Positions 54,356 to 64,000 of a stretch of DNA of 64,000 bases are shown here, piece by piece (the stretch's first letter is position 1; every line of letters starts with the position of its first letter). Below the pieces are notes generated by a model, which did not search any database, had not been told where the DNA came from, and was given only the letters and a program-made list of their open reading frames with translations. The translations under genes were made by a program, and so were the position numbers. This DNA comes from Octopus vulgaris (taxonomy: Eukaryota): contig OX597824.1 in the NCBI GenBank assembly GCA_951406725.2, forward strand, positions 8,680,001 through 8,744,000, in the 5' to 3' direction.

Positions 54356-55163
54356 TTCTACTACAGTAGTAGTTGAATAAGTTTCTTAACGTCGCAATTT
54401 ACTCACAAGCAGTATCTTTCAGAGCTTATCGCTAATTCAGTTCTTAACCAAATTGACAACTGTTAACCTTTTTGAAGAGGGCTAGTCCCTAGCTACGGTT
54501 TGGCATTAAAAAAATTGACATTTAATCCAGTAGAAAAATTTACATCAAATTTTGTAGCAACGTTATAGGGGAGTGAGTAATACCACCAATCAAGTTTAGA
54601 TCTAAATACTTTTTTTTTATTTATCTTAGCTTCAATGATAGAAGAAAGCACGAAGAATTTTATAGTGTTGGTCCCATGCAACAAAAAGTGATATCAAAAG
54701 TTGTGGGGGAGGTAAAAAAATATCATGAAAAATATAAGGCGAAAAATTGGATTTAAGTATAATCAACTCTTTTTAGTTTGAAAACAAACTATATTCTATG
54801 CCAATATGTGATAAGCAGACTTTACGTCGTCAATTTTTACATATCATTATACACTCACTAATTATAAATACACGTCGTGCTGAAATTGGGAAGCTAGTCA
54901 ACAAATTTGAAAAAAAAAAAAAGTTCGTTATTTCTTTATTGAATCAATTTCGGAATTAAATCCCATGGATTTTTTCCTCATCAGTAGAAAATACAATAAG
55001 AAATAAATGAATACTTATACGCACCCATGGAAAGAAGCAGAAGCAAAAGTCATGAGTTCAAATAGGTACCCCAGTTATATCTAAATATAAAATCTTTTAA
55101 CTAGCCTCAGCACACGTGTGAACTGTTCCAAACCACAGCTAATAGTGGTTACCAGTCCCTAAG

Positions 55164-55202
<39 letters not shown>

Positions 55203-55720
55203 TTCAACTACGGTAGTAGTTGAATAATATTTTTAAGGCCGTAGTTTACTCACATGCAGCATCTTTCAGAGCTTGTCGCTAATTCAGTTCTTAACCAAAT
55301 GGAAAACCGTTTACATTTTTGAAGAGGACTAATCTCTAGCTTCCTTTTGGCATTAAAAATTGAGAATTTGGTCCAATAGAAAAATGTCTGCATCAAAATT
55401 TGTAGCGGCGTTATAGGAGATTAAGTAACACCATCAATCAAGTTTAGATTTAAATGAAATTTTTATTATAAAAGCAAAATATATTTAGCTTAGCTTCAAT
55501 GATAGAAGAAAGTGTGGAGAGTTTCATAGTTTTGGTCCCATGCAACAAAAATTTGTATCAACAATATTGTGAGGTAAATTATGATTAACAGATATAAGTA
55601 AGGCAAAAGTTTTAATTATAACTTACTTTTTTTTAAATTTTATAAACAAGCTATATTTTAATTAAGCTTAAATGATAGAGCTCAATTCGAAGAATTTCAT
55701 GGTATCAATCTCATGCAATG
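54353..55720. repeat. Diverged direct repeats: two ~450-bp copies plus a partial third
   Basis: Copies start at 54353 and 55200, each right after (TA)n, and share ATCTTTCAGAGCTT.TCGCTAATTCAGTTCTTAACCAAAT and TTAGCTTCAATGATAGAAGAAAG. Partial echo at about 55663-55720. Confidence 0.85.
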
Positions 55721-55937
55721 AAGCTTTAAAAGAAAAAAGTTATGAGTGTTTGATTCTCAAATTTGAGGGTGATGATATAGTTCTATATTTTTTTAATGAA
55801 TATAGTTCTATAAGGGGACTTTTAATATATGTCACCGACATCATTGAGATAAGGGGAAAATTATCAACGACACCGCTAATTGACACATTTGACACATTAT
55901 TAATTAGCATAATTAGCATAGGCTGGAAAAAATCATG

Positions 55938-56695
55938 GATTACATGGAAAAATGCGAGGAAGAGAAATGATCTTCTTAAGATTATAAATCTGGTAAAGAA
56001 CAGGACAAGAAAAGTTTTACTTAAAATGTTGCCAGGACAAAATTTTGAGTATTAAAAATTATTTGATTTTAATTTACAAAGTACCATTATAATTAAAAAG
56101 GTACCATCATTAAATAAATATTGACACATTAGAATACTTAAACAATGAAAGTCAGAAGTGCCAATATAGCTAAAGTTTTATGCAAAGTAGAATAGTATAT
56201 ATAGCAGGCAAATTAATTATGTAAATATTAGCCATTGGGTCAAGACTAAAAATGTGAAGACTTGGCAATATCTTAGGCAATAACTCAAGCAAATTTTACT
56301 GTAATTTGGTGTTTTAGATAGATTTTACTGTAATATATAACTACTTTTCGTATTATTCTATTTATTGTAGTAACTAATTATGTACTGCTATTATTTTATA
56401 TAACCTGTTTTCAAATTTCTAATTATTAATTAATAATTTAAAAAAATGAATTTTTTTGAAGTGCAAAACATATTTTGAGTTATTTTTAATAGAAATAATA
56501 ATTAATAACAAATAGAAGTTGTAACTTGTAATAAAATATTTAGTTTTAATAAAAGCTAATATTTTGTTTGAAATTTTATTCTTAGCTGCAAGGTTTTAAG
56601 TAAAACTTTTCTTGCTCTGTACTTTACCGGATGTAATGAGTTGTCCTGAACGTTTCCAATTTTATTTCTCTTGCTCGCATTTTTCCATGTAATAA
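55938..56695. repeat. Dispersed inverted repeat, ~110-bp arms with a ~520-bp AT-rich spacer
   Basis: ATTACATGGAAAAATGCGAG.AAGAGAAAT and GGTAAAG.ACAG..CAAGAAAAGTTTTACTTAAAA occur on + at 55939-56030 and on - at 56590-56693. Confidence 0.8.
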
Positions 56696-57229
56696 TAAAT
56701 GCGTGCCTATGTCTGCCTGTCTGTCTGTCTGTATGTCTGTATGTCTGTATGTATGTATATATGCATGTATGCATGTATGTATTAAATAACTTTAATATTT
56801 TTTTGCTAGTTTATTTTGTCTCTTTGTCGTCTCTCCTTGTGCTGTATGAACACTTAATGTGGTTTTAGAGTCAAGTTTTGACTGCTATTTCCAGCGTGGT
56901 GGTATCTCTTAGATACACTAAATTATAATTTTAGCAATAATTATTACGTTTGAAGGTTTTTATTCCCATGCTGGCCACCTGATAAGATCGGTATTTAAAT
57001 AACGATCTTATCCATATATATATATATATACCTTTATATAAAATTAATTAAGGCTAGAAATCAATATTTATCAATTAAAACCAGTGGTCTAGCATATTAA
57101 AAAAAGAATCCGAAGATTAAAATATTTATATATACCAATTAAGGACTGAACATGAAAAGTGGACAGTCAACATGCTAGATATAGACGTCAAATCGCCATT
57201 CTCCACAAATGGAGAATTTGAGAACATAC

Positions 57230-57279
<50 letters not shown>

Positions 57280-58093
57280 GCAGGTATAATTGTGAACTCA
57301 TTAATTTAACAACCAACAAATCTCCAGTCTGTTTACGTGTTAAATTACGCAACTCAAATGCCGTAAATCACCCAGCAGCAAACAATGCTTAGAATCGCAA
57401 ATGAAACAAAATTCTTGTAACTTTCTCTTCCCTTTTTTTATAAGTTTAGTCAGCGAGAAAGACCAGTGCCTATGACTCGTCACAAAGCAACCAAGAGCGA
57501 TGAGAAGGAGGGAAAGGAGACGAAAGGAAGTATCCTCAAACGAGAGACTTCACCTGGGTACTTGCAACAAACTGGATTATATTAAAGACAAGCACAGTGT
57601 CAGGTCAGGTCAAGTAGTGGTGTTAAACCCGGCAGGCCATGATGAGTTATGAATTCAGAATTCCATGAACCGAAACAAATGTCAAGAAGTATCCGCTCCA
57701 ACGTTCTTCAAATTTTCAACAACCCTTCGTGATGTCTTGATACATTTTTTTTATTGACCCTCGCAAGATAAAGTTGATCTCGGTGCGATTTGAACTGCGG
57801 GTGCAGAGCCGAATGGGTGGCTTTTGTGTTCGTCGTGAGGGAATAAATTCATGAGCGTCAAAAGACGTACGTGTGCAAGAAATCTCTCTCTCTTTCTCTC
57901 TCTCTCTCTCTTTTTCTTATTTTACTCGCGGAGGCAGCCATCAAATTTCTCAGTTTTTACAAATCGATGACTGATTCTCATCAGTATAGGAAAATAAACA
58001 AATAAACAAACAAACAGACAGAAAGGCAGACAGTCAGACAAACAGACAGATAAATAATGCGGCTGATCAACATCGGTAGCGTTAACAGATGTC

Positions 58094-58269
<176 letters not shown>

Positions 58270-58479
58270 AAGACCTTTCGTGTATTGATCTGATAGATTT
58301 TTCAACTTCGTTGTTATCATAAACAAGATGTGCAGTCGCCATTTTAAATGAAACAGATACATACATACACACACACACACACATACACACACACACATAT
58401 ATATATACACACATTTTATAAAAAATTTCAACAAACGAATTTTCTTTTTTAAAAATGTGGGAAAAAGCTAATACAATTC

Positions 58480-58493
58480 ATTATTATTATTAA

Positions 58494-58568
<75 letters not shown>

Positions 58569-58765
58569 CATTATTACTATTATTATTATTGTTATTATTA
58601 TTATTGTTATTATTGTTATTATTGTTGTTGTTGTTATTATTATTATTGTTATTATTACTACTATTATTATTATTGTTGTTGTTATTATTATTATTGTTAT
58701 TATTACTATTATTATTATTATTGTTGTTGTTGCCGTCGTTGTTGTCGTTGTTGTTGCTGCTGCTT
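58480..58765. repeat. (TTA/TTG)n microsatellite
   Basis: Direct reading. Confidence 0.95.
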
Positions 58766-59561
58766 TTGATAATATCATCGTCCTCATCATCCTTATATAA
58801 CAAAGCAAGAGTGATGTATTGTATTCTGGGACTGTTCGCTTGATCAAGCGAATCAACAATGCTTCAGATATTTTGTAAAATAAAAAAAAGACCTCATCTA
58901 TTATTAATTAAATGTTATTTTATATATTAAAAAAAAATTTAAATAAATGTTTTATGTATTTTTACTCTTTGAGTTATTTTGTTTTTGTTTTTCAGTGACA
59001 ATTCACTATCCATTCACGCTTTTATATGTTGCTTATTATTGAGTTGTTGTCTATATTTTTAGATAAATGTTTTATGATGACTAGCAGACGATTTGAGGAG
59101 GTATGGTTATTTGATAGGCTCGCTACAGTCGTTTCAAGCAAATCATATGTTGATTTGGAGGAAGAGTAAGAACGCACGGAATAAAGTATACATTTCGAGA
59201 AATTATACACACACATATTTATATGTCCTGTTATTTGCATTTGTATTTGTGTACAATTTCTCCGTTTATTTCCCGTCCTTGTTTTCGTATACATTCGTTG
59301 CTTACTTCCAAGGAATCTAATGCTCTTAGCTTAGTTTTTTTCTTGGAGCTAGCCAGATAGGAGAAATTGTAAAGATAATCTGGAACTCGACTGAGGAAAA
59401 AAACTTCGAATGAACCGTCCGTGTTTTTTTTGTCCCTCTTTTGTATCATCTGTCTGGATGTTTTGCCTTCTTGTCCCATTTTTTGTATTCTTTTTAAGTA
59501 CATATGGCGGCGTACGTACACTTTGGTCTCTCTCGCTCTCTCTCTCCATCTCTCTCTCTCG

Positions 59562-59623
<62 letters not shown>

Positions 59624-59740
59624 TGTTGTGTCTGGGCAGCGTCATTCTCTTTTAGTGTACTCACCGGTAAAATTTCCACTCATTTACTTATTTATTTTTC
59701 TAAAATTTTCGTTGCGTCTTGCAACCTTTTCAGAAACGAA

Positions 59741-59788
<48 letters not shown>

Positions 59789-60267
59789 ATATACCCCGAT
59801 AGAATAAATGTATATAGATACACATACACCGATAGAATAAATATCAGATTTAAGATAAATAAGTACTGGCAGGCGATTTGGTCAAATAAACCTTTCAAAG
59901 CGATGCCCCAGCAAAGCCGCAGTCACAAGAAATGAATGAAAGAATGAAAAGGGGAATAAAAGATGATAATCAGAAATCTGGTTTGATCGTTCCTATCCAT
60001 TGAATCGGAGTTTCGTGTGATTACATTAATCTGACCCTCACCTAACATTGGAAAACAGATAAACAAGCTTTAAGGCCGAAGCTTCTGTTTATCCCGTTTA
60101 ATGTTTAAAGATGTCTTGTGCATTAGTTACACCAAAGAAAATAGCTTTTAGTGGAGAAGGAAATAGTTAAAAAGGAAGGAGAATGTAAAAGGAACTCGTC
60201 TTGAAATTGGCGAAATAAATGTATTTCGAAAGGGATTTTGATATTTTCTATATCCAATTCCACTGGG

Positions 60268-60390
60268 ATCGGCTTTGCCTTTTATCCTTTCGAGATCGAT
60301 AAAATAAGTACTAGTTGGATATTGGGTCGCTGCAACCGACTTAAACCCATCCTAGAAATTGCTGGCTTTGTGCCAAAATTTGAAATCAAT
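60268..60390 (+). mobile_element. SINE family C-related fragment
   Basis: GGCTTTGCCTTTTATCCTTTCGAGATCGATAAAATAAGTAC core. Confidence 0.6.
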
Positions 60391-61563
60391 ATTTTCTAAA
60401 CCTAATGAAACAAAAAACTTGTTTGAAGAAACAATGATTGAATGTAATGAAATCTTAGACGAATAGAATAGGAGAAAGATTGGAATTCAAAAGGAATTTT
60501 TTAAACGATATAACAACAACAAAGGTTTACAAAAAATATACCAAAAAAGTAATAAGCGTATGTATGATTCCAGAATGGTCAAGTGAAATTCAGAGGTCAA
60601 GAATGATGTGGGAATGACCGATTGTAATAAATAGGCCAAAATTATGGTTCTTTTTAAAAACAAGCTCAATGCCAGCAATTTTATGGTGAGTGGGTGTCAT
60701 CAATTTGATCAATATCAGTACTTGACTGGTACTTAATTTTATCGGCCCGGAAAGACAAAAAGAGCCGAAAAAAATACTGTGAAACAAATTTTTGTGACGC
60801 TATAATCATTTTACCATATCGCCGCCTCAAGGACGGAAGAAAAAGAAAAGGAAGAAAAAAAGGTATTTTTGCGTAAATTATTAGGATTGATTTCAAACTT
60901 CGAAGCAAGGTTGGTAACTTGCACGGGAGGTGTGTAGATGCTTATTTTAATCGATGACGGGAGAAGGACGTAGAGAAACACGGCAAAGTTTTAACTAAAT
61001 ACATCAAGAAACATGATTAAAAGTCGCAGGTAAGCTTTAGACCTGTCTAGGAATCTGCAGTCCGTGGGACTTTCTGAATGGCACGCATTACAAAAAATTA
61101 CCTTGATTTCTTTTTAGTAGTGAGGCCCGCATGATGATGAACAATATCTTATGTGGTTTCCTTCCCGATAAATAAAGCCGATGGCTGCTTTAGTTAAATA
61201 ATCGATTAAACCCTTAATTCCAGATTGCTGGATTTGCGGCGATATTGGAAACATTTTTTACGCTAATTGTATAAAAATTCACCGCGTCTTAAAGATGCGT
61301 CGAAGCAGATTTAGGCTGTCCTACGAACTACTTAACTGTAAGTAATTAATGGATGCAGGTTTCTTTTCGCGAGGGACTTCGGCTCAGTTGCTTGTCCTTG
61401 TATAAACCCACACATTTTGCTCTTTTGTTTTCTTGTCAAATTCTCCCTATTGTCCAGCCTCTTTGCAATAGAGCTGACTCAGAGGGATTTGAACTTAAAA
61501 TGCGGAAACTCAAAAGGAATGTCGCAAAGTATTCTAAATGTACATATATGCCAAATAGCATAC

Positions 61564-61661
<98 letters not shown>

Positions 61662-61934
61662 GAGAGAGAGAGAGAGGACATACACACACATATATAAATA
61701 TCTGTATACATACATATATACATACATGCATATACCAAGAGGTTTATAATTCTACAAATATTTATGCATACACTTAGGTACATATATCTATGCACACAAA
61801 AGTGTGTGCACATACTCACATATATATGTACATACACACACATATGAACATACGTGCATGCATACATACAAACATACATACAAACATACTCACGCACACA
61901 AACATGTATACATGCATCACACACACACACACAC

Positions 61935-61969
<35 letters not shown>

Positions 61970-62078
61970 TATGCGTGTATGCTTGTATAATGCATAAATA
62001 TTTCATTTATATGCATATTTGTATACCTATCTATACATTCATACACATACGTATATATACATACATATAATCTATCTA

Positions 62079-62159
<81 letters not shown>

Positions 62160-62280
62160 GCAGAGAGAACCAAAGACAGAGAGATAGAGACAGGGAGAAA
62201 AGGTTTATATGAATACACATATATATTCATTTATATATGCATATATGTAAATATATGTATATACACGGATGTCCAAACAT

Positions 62281-62324
<44 letters not shown>

Positions 62325-62507
62325 ACACACACATATTACGAACCTCTTCAATGAATATATTACATAGATATTTCTATTTTAGTTTCATTACACACTCTCG
62401 TTCAGTTTCATGTTTAATTTATGACTTGCTAAGCATCATGGCACCGGGAAGTCTATATACGTAAGCTATCTAAAGATCAAAATCTACCATTATTTTCCTT
62501 TTTACTA

Positions 62508-62825
<318 letters not shown>

Positions 62826-62946
62826 TGCTGTGTTTATTGTTATTGCTACTATTTCTACCATTGCTACGAGACCCCCATATGCATATCGTTAATAGAAATG
62901 AAAAAAAATTGCGCATATTAGAAAGTAATAATTTCTCTTATGCTTG

Positions 62947-63011
<65 letters not shown>

Positions 63012-63292
63012 TTTTCTGAAAATGCTTATTTGAATAACAAGTGTTATAACGGAATAAGTGTTCCTACACAAGTATATATTCCAGAACATGTGTAACGCGT
63101 TTTTGAGGTTGTGAATGTGCAGTTGTTTATGTACATGCATACGTCTGTGTGTGTGTGTGTCTTTGTAGGTGTGTGTATGTGCGTTTGTGTGTGTGTTTTT
63201 CATTAATGCATTTGTTATATGTATGCATATTTGTGTGCGTTTTCAGACACAGACGTGTTTCTTGTATATATATACATACCAACATATCTCTC

Positions 63293-63355
<63 letters not shown>

Positions 63356-63390
63356 CCATAATATAGGGACGGGCAGGGTGGTGGGGGTGT

Positions 63391-63444
<54 letters not shown>

Positions 63445-63809
63445 GCTTATGTATTTGTGTGTTTCTTTGCTCTTTGTGGTTGTATTTACACGTTTACGTG
63501 CGTGTTGTGAGGCCATTCAAATTGCCAGCTATAAAGAAAACGAAGAAAATTAAAAAAAACAAAACAAAACCAAATAAACAAACCCCCCAAAAAACACCCT
63601 ATACAAAATTTATATATATATATATAAAAAAAAGACACCCTATACAAAATAAAAATGAAACAACAAAAATGAAAGCACATCAATAAATAATCATAAAAAT
63701 AGAAAATAAATCTAAAAATATAACCGAAAAACAACAAAGAAGAGAACAAACGAAAAAAAATAAAGAAGGAAGTAGGCTGATAAAATTCTATTAATGTTCT
63801 ATGTACCCA

Positions 63810-63919
63810 TATATTATCATTATTATTATTATTATTATTATCATTATTATTATTATTATCATTATTATTATTATTATTATTAATTATTATTATCATTATT
63901 ATTATTATTATTATTATCA

Positions 63920-63971
<52 letters not shown>

Positions 63972-64000
63972 CATTATTATTATTATTATTATTATTATCA
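63810..64000. repeat. (TTA)n microsatellite, running to the window end
   Basis: Direct reading. Confidence 0.95.

Noticed and set aside
55672-56055. 127-aa ORF as a gene
   Set aside because: It overlaps a direct-repeat remnant and one arm of an inverted repeat. No recognisable domain or splice context.

Overview
AT-rich eukaryotic genomic DNA, most likely intronic or intergenic. The SINE families and the very high microsatellite load resemble Octopus (coleoid cephalopod) DNA; this is my inference, not a database result. Almost all ORFs in the supplied track are translations of microsatellites, and no host protein-coding gene can be identified with confidence; the best candidate is a minus-strand exon at 17116-17485. 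The interpretable content is transposable elements: a decayed R4/Dong-clade LINE (about 33.8-36.5 kb) plus further insertions in (TAA)n arrays, an internally deleted mariner with TIRs and TA target duplication, two hAT (Charlie/Buster-like) elements (one nested in a SINE), four tRNA-headed SINE families, and several fold-back hairpins. The most notable non-obvious signal is eight minimal hammerhead-ribozyme motifs in two sequence families, of the kind carried by Penelope-like retroelements.
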